Source: Octopus vulgaris
Taxonomy: Eukaryota
Length of the DNA: 64,000 nt
Assembly (NCBI GenBank): GCA_951406725.2
Contig: OX597816.1
Span: 29,636,001-29,700,000 of the forward strand
Direction of reading: 5' to 3'
The notes under the pieces: generated by a model
What the model was told of the DNA's origin: nothing
Databases searched by the model: none
Seen by the model: only the letters and a program-made list of their open reading frames with translations
Made by a program: the position numbers and the translations under genes
In this document: piece by piece, positions 53,057-64,000 of the stretch
How the letters are laid out: each line of letters opens with the position of its first letter
How positions within the stretch are numbered: the first letter of the stretch is position 1

Positions 53057-54412
53057 CAGTGGAGGGAAATAAATATTCGTAAATGTCACTATTCTTTATT
53101 TATTTAATATATTTACTATATTTGCAAATACTATATTTGCTTACACATGCATAAACTATGAATATGCAAAAGAATCTAATATAGTATAGTAACTAATGAA
53201 TTTATATTCAATTATAAATATTTAAGGGTGAAAAAAGTATTCGTACAAAACATAAATAACTGATAATTCTGAATTAATACTTCGTAGCATAACCATTATT
53301 CTGTTCCACTTCAACCAATCGCTTTTTGTAGTTATTAATCAATGACTCGCGTGTATCTTTAGGAATTTTTCCCATTCTTCTTGACAATTTTTCTTGAATG
53401 AATCTTAATTTTCAAGAAACGCCACAAATTTTCAATGGGGTTCAAGTCAGGTGACTGGCTTGGCCATTCTAATAATTTTATATTGTGATCGAGAGTGCAC
53501 GTTTTGGTAGACTTTGCCGTGTGCTTACGGTCGTTATCCTGTTGTAAAACCCACCCTTCACAAAGCTGGAGCTTTTCTACAGGGTCCTATAAATTATTGT
53601 TCAAAATATTTTGGTATATCTCTGCATTCATTCTACCATCTATCACATGTAAATTGCTAGTACCATAATGTTGCCACCTCCAAACTTTAAGGTAGCAATT
53701 GTGTTCTTTGGCAAATAGCGGTACCATCTTTCCTTCAAACATGGCTACGCGAATTTTGTTCAAACAATTCAATTTTCGACTGTCTGTCCATAGAACATTT
53801 TCTCAGAATGTGTCAAATTTGTCATTATGTTCATAAACAAAATTTAAACGGGCATATTTTTGCCTTTTATTCAACAGCGGAGACTTTCTAGGAGAGCGTG
53901 ACTTCAGTTCATTCCTATGAAGTTCATTGTTGATTGTTCGTAGTGTAACACTAGTCCCTGAAGCTAACAAATCTTCTTGCAACTCCTTTCTGGTGATCAT
54001 TGCGTTTTTTTCGATTCTTCGCTTCATTTTTTTTAAAGATCTAGGGGAAATCTTGCATGGTACACCGGATCTTATTCTGTTTTCAACAGTTCCCGATTAT
54101 TTATATCTTCGAATATATGAAGATATGGTAGAAAATGGAATACAAAGTGTCTCTGATATTTTCCTGTAACTTTTACCTGTTTTCCACTGTTCGATATTTA
54201 AGTTTTTCACTGAATTTGTGAGTTCTTTACTTTTTTCACCCCTAAATATTTATAATTGTATTCATTAGTTACTATAATATATTAGTTTCTTTTGCATACT
54301 CTTAGTTTATGTATATGTATGCAAATATAGTATTGGTATATCCCATGTATGTTCATTAGAAATTAAATAAATAAAGAACGTTGACATGTACAAATATTTA
54401 TTTCCCCCACTG
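53057..54412 (-). mobile_element. Tc1 DNA transposon with long IR/DR-type TIRs and a decayed transposase
   Basis: Ends cagtggagggaaataaatatt / aatatttatttcccccactg within TA. Transposase motifs [28 protein letters not shown] and GYATKY-stop. Confidence 0.92.
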
Positions 54413-54482
<70 letters not shown>

Positions 54483-54502
54483 CATATATATATATATATA
54501 TG

Positions 54503-54546
<44 letters not shown>

Positions 54547-55574
54547 TACACATAACGAAAGTCAATGCCTGCATATCAGATACCACACAAGATAAACTCC
54601 TAATTTTTGAGATTTTGTCGTCTTGCAGGAAAGCTAGAACAATTGCTTGATAGATTTGGGACAAGCTCCAAATGAAGAAGGGGGACAATCACATGACTCA
54701 AGCAATTTTGCGTACGTGGGGTGGAGAATTTCAATAAATTAAGAATTTATATATAAATGGTACTATCTAGTTAGAGTTATATGCCTCTTAGCTCATTTTC
54801 GTTTAAAAGTGTGCGTGTGTGCGCATGCTTAGAGAGAAACCAAGAGTGAGTGAGTGGTTTACATGCCACCCTTCCTTCGACATTTAGCCCTCAAATATTC
54901 AGTACTACTCTTGCTAAACTTGTGTATTCTTTTTGACACTCAATTATTTTTGCCTCATTAAACTAGTGCCATCGCATTATTCGATCAAAGTTCTAATATA
55001 TAATATACAATTTTTCATTATTACTTATTCCATCCAGTGAGATGTGGTCATGTTAAGGCACTACCAAAATTAATGTGGAAGCCCTCCTTTAGGTTCGTTT
55101 GCCTTTTTAGTAGATGAACGAAGTTGCCTTCGCTGTTTCCATACGCCTCTGTATTTCTGTATTTTTTCTTTGCACGTACATTCGTTCAACGTGTATATAC
55201 TGTCCGAAATTTGGAATGTTTAAGGCAGATTTTTATCGTTTATTGGGAAATATTGAAGAGTCCTGATCTAGCCTTTGGCGTATTTACTCCTAAACGAAAT
55301 TGATTTGATGGAATTATTATTACTGTGTACTGGCACCTACTTTGGAAATTTTCATAGCTTTTAGAGCAAAATATTAATACCATTTCTTTCCAAATCTTAC
55401 TGATATAAACTACGCTCCGAAATGTAGTGTCTTCCATTGTCAGTATCTTCAAAATTTATTCTGTGTTGGTGGGGGACATTTGGACTGATTCTGATTCAGA
55501 TGACAAACCGACATTATAAAAGGACTGCATCTGGAAGTGATAAACCTTGAGTAATACGATTTTATATGTTCTAA

Positions 55575-56022
55575 CATCATCATCATTGTTCGACCGTGGT
55601 CGAGACAATGGAATTTACCATGCTACGCCAGACCTCACGGTCCATCATGGTATTACAGAGGTCCTGTTGCTGGATGCCTGTATCCCTGGAGATTATATCA
55701 GGGTAGGAGAATGTGCGTCCTCTGGTATTGCGAGTAGATGTCTTCCCGAGGAGAAGAGTAGAAATTATCTCTTTTTCAGTTCTACAACAATGTCCAGCAA
55801 ACTGGACTCTCCTACCTTTCACAAGAAATGACACAGTTGGTAGTTTCCCATATATTGCCTATTGGTTGGATGGCGCCTCCACGATTTTGAGCTCTCATAA
55901 GGAGGCGAGTGAAGGTTCCACCCAACCGCCTCTCAAGCTTCTTTGATAACGACCAGGTTTCTGAGCCATATAGTGGAATTGGTTCGACTGTGGCTTTGAA
56001 GATTTCAAGTTTGAAGTTTCTA
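55575..56022 (-). mobile_element. RTE-clade LINE 3' end
   Basis: IFKATVEPIPLYGSETW, RRVQFAGHCCR, MMDREVWRSMV, then a (TGA)n tail. Confidence 0.85.
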
Positions 56023-56099
56023 ACTGTCCATTCTAACAGTGATCATTTTTATTAGTATTGTAGGCTGAAATATTACACGATTATTTATAATTCTAAAAT

Positions 56100-56700
56100 C
56101 GGGCTAATATTATGATTCTTCAGTTACAATGTATGAAAATGCCTACTGTGAAGTAGCGTACTTTTGTGTAGTTATCAAAACAGAAAATCTTTCTTGATTG
56201 ATTTTGACACTTCTGTTTCACCAGCCTTGCAATTAAAAAATTATTCTAATAATTGAGAGTTTCACATATTCTTTTTTCAATTAAGTCATACCATACTAAT
56301 AAAGGCTTTTCTATGTAATCAAATTATCAATTTCGACGAACAAATCGAGTCTTTCTACAAATTTTCCTGCAACTCTAGGTACAGGAAATATGAAATTGAT
56401 TTGGAGTGCCTTGGTATTAGTAACCCCTTTAAAATCAAACTGTAAAAAGCAGCGATTGAAAGTAGTTGGATTTACTGGCATAAATGCAAGATATTGAATA
56501 CATAGCAAAGATATTTATCAATAACAAATCAGTACTTAATCTATATGTTGCATTTCTGTCAGATTCTATTGGAAAAAGTATATGCACAATCTCTATGTGT
56601 ATAAACTCAATTGGGTAACGATTTTTTTCAACACTGCATGCACTGGTTTCCGAACCAAAAATCGTTTTTACATGAATCTTTATCATAGTATTAATTTGTC
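56100..56700 (-). pseudogene. Possible decayed hAT (ZMYM1/DUF4371-like) transposase
   Basis: LCIQYLAF...GKFVERLDLFVEIDNLI resembles LA.QGLAFRG...GNFLELL.LL...D..L. Confidence 0.3.
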
Positions 56701-57402
56701 GAGAAATAATGCTATTACGTCATACCACTCAAATACTGTGTATTATATTATTTGTTTCGTATTTTATAAGAAACGCTTTTATTCAAATGGGGATTCATTT
56801 AGAAGATATTTATCTTTATGTAAGGAATTAATTAACTATATACATGACTGCATTACTCAATTATGGTCTTTAAGCAAGCAACATATATTTTTATTTTAGA
56901 ATTATTTCAAATATAATCTTTCTATCTCTCTATCCTACCCTTCGGGACTTCAAATAGCAATGTGCAAGATTTTAGACAGAAAAAAAAGAGAATAATTCCG
57001 TATAAAGCTTTTAGTCCTAAAGGTATGCATCAAATAAATTCATTTTTATTGCATAATAGCAATCAGCAGGAACACATTGAGCCACCAGGGTGCCGATTTA
57101 CCAGCTGAAGTGTTTTAACTTCATATTCCCTTGCGGGCGCTAAAGTGGGCATGTTCGGTTCTATCCTTTCAGTATTTTGTTAGTATTTTTTAAATCCTTA
57201 TATTGATAAAATAATAAATGCGGATTAAATAGTTTTTACGTCATTTAAGATTAAAGTATGGATAGATATGCTTTAGGTAATTTTCCATTCAGAAGTTATT
57301 ACAACAGAACTTTAGAAATAAATTTTCTAAAATGTACATACAAAAAATATACATCAATACATGCATATGACATGTCCCTGTGTGTGTTTAACATATGTAT
57401 GA

Positions 57403-57797
57403 CTAGCAGTATCGCCCGGCGTTGCTCGGGTTTGTAAGGGAAATAACTATATAAGCATTTTTAGAGAGTTATAGCCAAAAAATAGCAAAAAAATCCATTA
57501 AAAATGGAAAAAAGTGATGGTAATTTTTTTTTAAATCGTTGACTCATCGTAGACATTTTTAGAGAGTTACTTCCCTTATATAATAGCTAAAAAATGCATT
57601 AAAATGGAAAAGAATTATGGTAATTTTTTTTTTAATCGCAGACTCATCGTAGACGCGCGCTAATACCCAGAAGGGCTCGATATGAATCACAACTATAAGA
57701 TACCCGCTTTTGGTTAAACTGCACCGCAAAATGTGGGAGTAGTTAGGAATCTAAATCGTAGGAGACAGACAAACAACTTGACTTTTATATATAAAGA
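57403..57797 (-). mobile_element. Non-autonomous Helitron, copy 2
   Basis: TC...CTAG on the minus strand, hairpin cccggcgttgctcggg, A|T target. Closely matches 13929-14315. Confidence 0.87.
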
Positions 57798-58178
57798 TTA
57801 GACAGAGAGGGAAAGCTAGAGGTAGAGTGCATGTGCATGCGTGCGTGTGTATGTATGCGTGTATGAATGAAAAGTCGAAGAGAATGCTACTGAAAAATCA
57901 TGAGACTTTCTACACTAACGTCTTTTTCAAGATTACCAAGAGTATCTCGGACACCACTCGATTACATTTTGTCCTGCATACACTTGTATCTTCATTTGAA
58001 GGTGAATTAATTGTTGAGATATGATCCCTTCTAAACCTTCTTGAGTTGCCTTAGCAGCAGGTCTTTTGTCGCATAAAACACTAATTACTTTAGAACTTGT
58101 GAAAATTACCTTTCCAAATCGACTTCTTAGAAAATTAGAGACAAATTAAGCTCTTATTTTCACTTAATTTCTCCTCCT

Positions 58179-58217
<39 letters not shown>

Positions 58218-58337
58218 CACAATCAAGGAACGGCATATTAGGCCATTCACCCACTAGAAATAACAGCCAAAAGCTTTAACCGCAAAATAACGTCAATTCC
58301 GTAAACCAGGAGAAAATTAAAAAACATTTACCCTGTA

Positions 58338-58444
58338 ATTTCTTAGACGATGCACCGTTTCATCTACTGTTTAATGGAAAACTAACCTGATTAAATTAAA
58401 TCAAGCCAATCTACCATAGGCCCTTAGATTCATCAGTAAGAAAT
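58338..58444 (-). ncRNA. Type I hammerhead ribozyme (mirror copy)
   Basis: Reverse complement of 58825-58931. Confidence 0.85.
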
Positions 58445-58824
58445 AGCCAAGCCGGAACAGATATTTTTCACGAGGCATTCTCGTTGCTACCTCGTCAATA
58501 TCTGACCTAAAATTTTCAAATCGTCGCACTCGCGCCAAATTTATCGGCAGCAAATAAATATAAGCCGCCGATTCCATTACGGAATTAACCAGAAAATTCA
58601 TAATTAATCAATATAGGGTGGCAAAAGAATTCTACAAAATTTTTTTGCCACCCTATATTGATTAATTATGAATTTTCTGGTTAATTCCGTAATGGAATCG
58701 GCGGCTTATATTTATTTGCTGCCGATAAATTTGGCGCGAGTGCGACGATTTGAAAATTTTAGGTCAGATATTGACGAGGTAGCAACGAGAATGCCTCGTG
58801 AAAAATATCTGTTCCGGCTTGGCT

Positions 58825-58931
58825 ATTTCTTACTGATGAATCTAAGGGCCTATGGTAGATTGGCTTGATTTAATTTAATCAGGTTAGTTTTCCATTAAAC
58901 AGTAGATGAAACGGTGCATCGTCTAAGAAAT
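58825..58931 (+). ncRNA. Type I hammerhead ribozyme with extended stem II
   Basis: ATTTCTTA-CTGATGA-ATCTA...TAGAT-GAAA-CGg-tgca-tCG-TC-TAAGAAAT: complete core, 8-bp stem I, GUC site ending at 58923. Confidence 0.85.
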
Positions 58932-59152
58932 TACAGGGTAAATGTTTTTTAATTTTCTCCTGGTTTACGGAATTGACGTTATTTTGCGGTTAAAGCTTTT
59001 GGCTGTTATTTCTAGTGGGTGAATGGCCTATTATGGCCGTTCCTTGATTGTGATGTTGAACTTAAAAATGGTTTATGACTATTTAATTTTTTCCCACTAG
59101 GCCGCTGGTGGCAAAAGAATTCTACAAATTTTTTTTTGCCACCCTATATTGA

Positions 59153-59207
<55 letters not shown>

Positions 59208-60934
59208 CATCTCTATCTCTCTCTCCCTCTTTCTAACCCATTATTTATTCAGTTAGACGGCTAATGTTCTACTCATCAATGCAGGCTCTAATTTATTTCG
59301 AGGTTATTCTTTGTACGAGATGTATAGTTTTGCTCGCGCACAACTATTTTCCCTGAGTCCGATACAAATCATATTGACTACAAGAGTGTGAAATAACAAG
59401 ATTCTGAACTTTTTAGTTGATTTTAAACACCAATGGCTGACATTTGGCAAAAGTGGGGATAAATACATCCAGTGGTTATGGAGGGTTGTGATGATTGGTT
59501 ATAAAGAAAGTTTTGGGATTTCAGTGACTCCTGGAAAAAATCACTAACTTCCACCAGCAGAGAGGCGTTTCCTTATTCCTCAATATTTAAATTACTAACT
59601 TTCCGTAACCTGTCTATCTGTAACGAATGGACTTAAACTTTAGTTTGGAAAATATCCTAGGTTCTGTACCGCATTTCTTTACCCCGCTGCAACTGATAAG
59701 AACGATGTACGACTACTACTGGCATGTACAGGATATTGTTGTTATTCACACAGACATGCAAACTTGATCACTTCCAAAACAATTCTATCTTCTTTTTGTT
59801 GTGTTTTAGCTACATGTTACCTCCTATTCAATCAGATCTATTGTCAAAAATCTTCATCTATTGATTGTTCCGTCTCTTTTTGTTTATTTTTTTTTTATCA
59901 AGAACTATATAGTCTAATATATCCGCCTATGTTAACCAACATAATGTTTCATTTGAGATAGGTTTGCCTGTTAGTTCTACCATATCGTATGACCTGTTAG
60001 TGGATCCCTCGTTGGCTCATATGCAATCCTGTTGTATGGCAATTATTCACACACCAACTGCCTGCAATAACGTGCTCTCAGTACACATTTGCTACTACAC
60101 AGCCTCTACTTCATTAAACATTATTCCGCTTTGCGAACGCCCGATTCAATAAATCCGTTTTCCTCATTCCCTCGTTATTTTTAATTGTTTGTCATCCTCC
60201 ACAACATTTAGTAAACAGCCACACTAATTATTCATTCTTAGATCGCATTTAATATCGTCCTTCTGTCGTCTGCGCTACTGACATCAAGCTGGTTATGCTG
60301 AGGCTAAACATCAATCTCAGTAATCCAGAAGGTCCTGAGCTTCCAGTTAACATTTCAAACTAATAAATAAAGTAACGATGTGCAAAAAATATCCGGTGAT
60401 CTTCATCTTTATTCTTGGAGTTATTCTAAGTATTAGTTACAGTTAAAATTCAATTTCTACAGGCGTGTAATAAAACAGAACATATTCAAAATTGCCTTCT
60501 CTCCTCGCAGAATTAATTTAATGAATGTCTTAGAGCCAACATTTTGCTTTCCGTCACCAAATAGATAACTAGTTCTTTCCTAATTTGAAACAACGTCTTC
60601 ATTTTATGAAACACTTGTGTCAACGGATAGCTAGGAATATACTAAAGTACACTTCTGCGAGGGAATTTAATCCTAAAGTGAATTGAGTGCTAGCATAGTG
60701 TAATTACCGAAGAGATATTTATTAATTAAAATTACATATTTATTAATGCGAAGAATTATTATATAAACGATTAAGCTTAGCAAAAAGAAAAGAAAGAAAA
60801 GTGGAGGTGAAGAATGTCGAACATTGTAATTAATTAACATTAATTAATAAAAGAATGAGAAGTCATTATGATATTTAGCAGCAGAGATCTCTTCGGAAAG
60901 CCTAAACTTTACTAAAGAACTGTTCGTTGCAGTT

Positions 60935-60990
60935 TGTTGTCGTTGTTATTGTTATTGCTGTTTTTGTTGTTGTTTTTGTTATTGCTGTTG

Positions 60991-61037
<47 letters not shown>

Positions 61038-61206
61038 GGTGGTGGTGGTGGTGGTGGTGGTGGTAGTAGTAGTAGCAGTAGTAGTAGTAGTAGTAGTGGT
61101 GGTGGTGGTGGTGGTGGTGGTAGTGGTGGTAGTAGTAGTAGTAGTAGTAGTGATGGTGGTGGTGTTGGTGGTGGTGGTGGTGGAGGTGGTGGTGGTGGTG
61201 GTGGTA

Positions 61207-61241
<35 letters not shown>

Positions 61242-61265
61242 TGTTGCTGTTGTTGTTGTGGCTGC
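60935..61265. repeat. (GTT)/(GTA)/(GTG)n compound microsatellite
   Basis: Seen directly. Confidence 0.95.
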
Positions 61266-61506
61266 TTTTACTGTTTAGCCTAGCTCAGCTCCAAACAAAC
61301 ATATGCATGTACACAATCAAAGGGAATAACAACCATCGTTATCCTGTTTTTTTTTCTCAGCGACAGTGTACCGAGGACCCTATTCATCAATGTGCACCTT
61401 TCTAAGGCATTAAGGAGATTTATTGGGGGATTTGTCTGATATTTCTGTGAGGTTCAGTTTCCACATATTTTCACTATTTTCTCCTGTAGCTCTCAAGAAC
61501 GTGCAG

Positions 61507-61537
<31 letters not shown>

Positions 61538-61818
61538 CCTCATCATCATCATCATCATCATCCTCATCATCATCCACATCATCATCATCATCGTCATCAT
61601 CATCGTCATCATAATCCTCCTCCTCCTCCTCCTCATCATCATCATCATCATCATCCTCCTCCTCATCATCATCATCATCATCATCCTCATCATCATCATC
61701 ATCGTCGTCATCATCATCATCGTCATCATCATCATCATCAGCAGCAGCAGCATCCTCCTCCTCATCATCATCATCGTCATTCTCATCATCCACATCATCA
61801 TCCTCATCATCGTCGTCG

Positions 61819-61883
<65 letters not shown>

Positions 61884-62127
61884 GTCATCGTCGTTGTCAT
61901 CATCATCATCATCATCGTCGTCGTCGTCATCATCATCATCATCATCATCATCTTCCTCATCATCATCATCATCATCATCTTCATCATCATCATCGTCATC
62001 ATCATCATCATCATCATCATCGTCGTCGTCATCATCATCGTCATCATCATCATCATCATCATCATCCTCCGCCTCATCATCATCATCATACTCATCATCA
62101 TCATCCTCATCATCATCATCCTCATCC

Positions 62128-62161
<34 letters not shown>

Positions 62162-62166
62162 CATCC

Positions 62167-62214
<48 letters not shown>

Positions 62215-62217
62215 ACC

Positions 62218-62261
<44 letters not shown>

Positions 62262-62285
62262 GTCGTCGTCGTCGTCGTTGTTGTT
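61507..62285. repeat. Imperfect (CAT)n tract of about 780 bp
   Basis: Seen directly, with CCT/CGT variant triplets. Confidence 0.95.
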
Positions 62286-63041
62286 AATATTGTTTTTGTC
62301 GTCGACCTTGCTGTGTTGCGTCGGATCCACCCTGATCAAACAGGTCTATGACCATAGGCATTCCAATCGTAACAGACTTGCACTACCCGAAGTATATTCT
62401 TTAATGCGCCCTTAAAATTTCATAAGATGTTACGTCTTGATATGCAGGAGATTCTGTCACTTCTTTCTAGCAGATAGAACGACCCCATACAGGCCTTCCT
62501 CACAGTTATTTCTTCTCGCTCCGTGTGAAGTATGTTGAGTGACTACTTGGATAGTACAGTGTTAATAGTTTTAATAATTATTTAGTAATGTAACCGGACA
62601 TTAGTCAGGGAATTCTTTGCTGTCCACTCAATCGACTGCAAGAATTCGGTTGGACGACCAAATATCAAACTCATGTTTTTTTTTCTATCTCCCTTGGGCT
62701 AATGTAATTGATTGCTATTGAATCTTAAACGCTAAAACCAATACCAAACACGATCATTTCTATTTGAAGTTATGCCACTACGGGACCTCTCCAATGTTTT
62801 TATTTTGCTCGACGTTAAACAGAACTTGATTAGTTGCTTCACAAAAGCGAACAAATTGTTTTAATTTTCTATAAAATTAACAACAAAATTAAAATTTAAA
62901 AATTTTATTCTTATTTTTTGTCTTTGCTATTTTTTAATCATGTTTTTCTTATTTAAAAACATCTTTTGTTTTCTTTATTAGTAATTGCAATAACTATTTA
63001 TTTTGTTTTAACTTTTTCTCTCTTTCGTTAATATTACTATT

Positions 63042-63062
63042 CGTCTTCTTCTTCTTCTTCTT

Positions 63063-63093
<31 letters not shown>

Positions 63094-63102
63094 TTCTTAT
63101 TC

Positions 63103-63142
<40 letters not shown>
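63042..63142. repeat. (CTT)n-(ATT)n microsatellite
   Basis: Seen directly. Confidence 0.95.
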
Positions 63143-64000
63143 GCAGTTGTTATTTTTATTGCTGTTGTTGTTTAAGTGATATGATGAGAGAATGAGTAGA
63201 TCTGTTGAGTCGGTAGATTGACAAAGCGGCTAGAATAACAGCGTTCCCAGAGTAGTAAATGTCTGACAAAATAACTTTAAGAATTTAAATTTCTTATTTT
63301 CAGGTTTCGAATTCGACCGGCGCTTATTTTGTCTTTCAACATTTTCGCATCAATAAAATAAGTACTCTGGTTAGAGATCGCCCATTTCGACTAATCCTGG
63401 AAATGACGTATGCTTCTGCTTGCCTTTGCTATCTCTTGAAATTCTGTGACTGATGATGCTCAGGCATGGAACCAGAGACTTAGACATTCTTGCACGAATG
63501 AAGAAATACAGTTCGAACGGTAACCACAACTTCACCAAGAACAACTTTTTCCAGATTTACTAGCTGGAAGAAAATAACAGGCATGAGCCTGGAAAACGAA
63601 AGTGTATGAACGAGAATTCTCGTGAAAGAACTACATTTTACCCGAGGATTTTGTACAACAATGGGCTAAAAGATGGGCGAGTTTTCATACGCCTTTCAAG
63701 TAGAAGTTTGAGTGAAGCTTCACTGATGTATATCAAACTGTACCTTTCCTCGTTGGGCGCACATCGTAGGGAAGAAGTGCTTCTAGTTTTAAGGCTGTGA
63801 GACGAAAAGGCAAGCAGAGATCGTGTGCACAAATGTCGGTGCTGCAACGCATGGATAACAGAAATACAAAGCCTGTGGTCTAGATTATTGATGCAGATAT
63901 AAAACTTTACCCCATTGTCTACTCTGCGGCACAATATGTACATGGCGAGCACAGAGGTGACCCCTTCGTTTGTGAGTGTGTCTTTACTAAACGTGTATCT

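Larger units (their letters stand above)
58216..59160. mobile_element. Large fold-back retrozyme/pLTR-like element inserted in (TA)n
   Basis: Arms 58216-58631 and 58638-59054 are near-perfect reverse complements. The central hairpin is repeated at 59107-59160 (period 490). Confidence 0.9.

Noticed and set aside
58765-58812. SECIS-like hairpin (TGA...AA...GA)
   Set aside because: The A of TGA pairs Watson-Crick in the best helix, so the tandem G.A quartet register does not fit; no linked UGA-containing ORF.
58401-58868. Identical 66-aa ORFs on opposite strands
   Set aside because: A by-product of the palindrome; no recognisable motif, and it overlaps structured RNA and the ribozyme.

Overview
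AT-rich, microsatellite-laden eukaryotic non-coding DNA, almost entirely made of transposable elements. The SINE families and repeat style point to an octopus (coleoid cephalopod) genome; this is recognition, not a database match. I find no intact host protein-coding gene, and nearly all ORF-track entries are microsatellite or TE artefacts. Contents: many tRNA-derived SINEs of at least 4 families; several decayed Penelope-like retroelements (RT and GIY-YIG); a Tx1/L1-clade LINE; an RTE 3' end; a Tc1 transposon; mariner remnants; two non-autonomous Helitrons; MITEs; and a 1.1-kb tandem duplication with a SINE-SINE crossover signature. The main signal is a set of at least 8 distinct small elements, mostly fold-back (inverted-repeat) structures and often inserted in (TA)n tracts, that carry type I hammerhead ribozyme (HHR) motifs. 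They include a near-perfect ~840-bp palindrome (58216-59054) with a complete HHR in each arm and evidence of hairpin-primed fold-back copying, and core variants that keep the 3-8 tertiary pair as C-G, U-A or A-U. Coordinates were counted by eye and may be off by a few bases; none of the ribozymes has been tested for activity.
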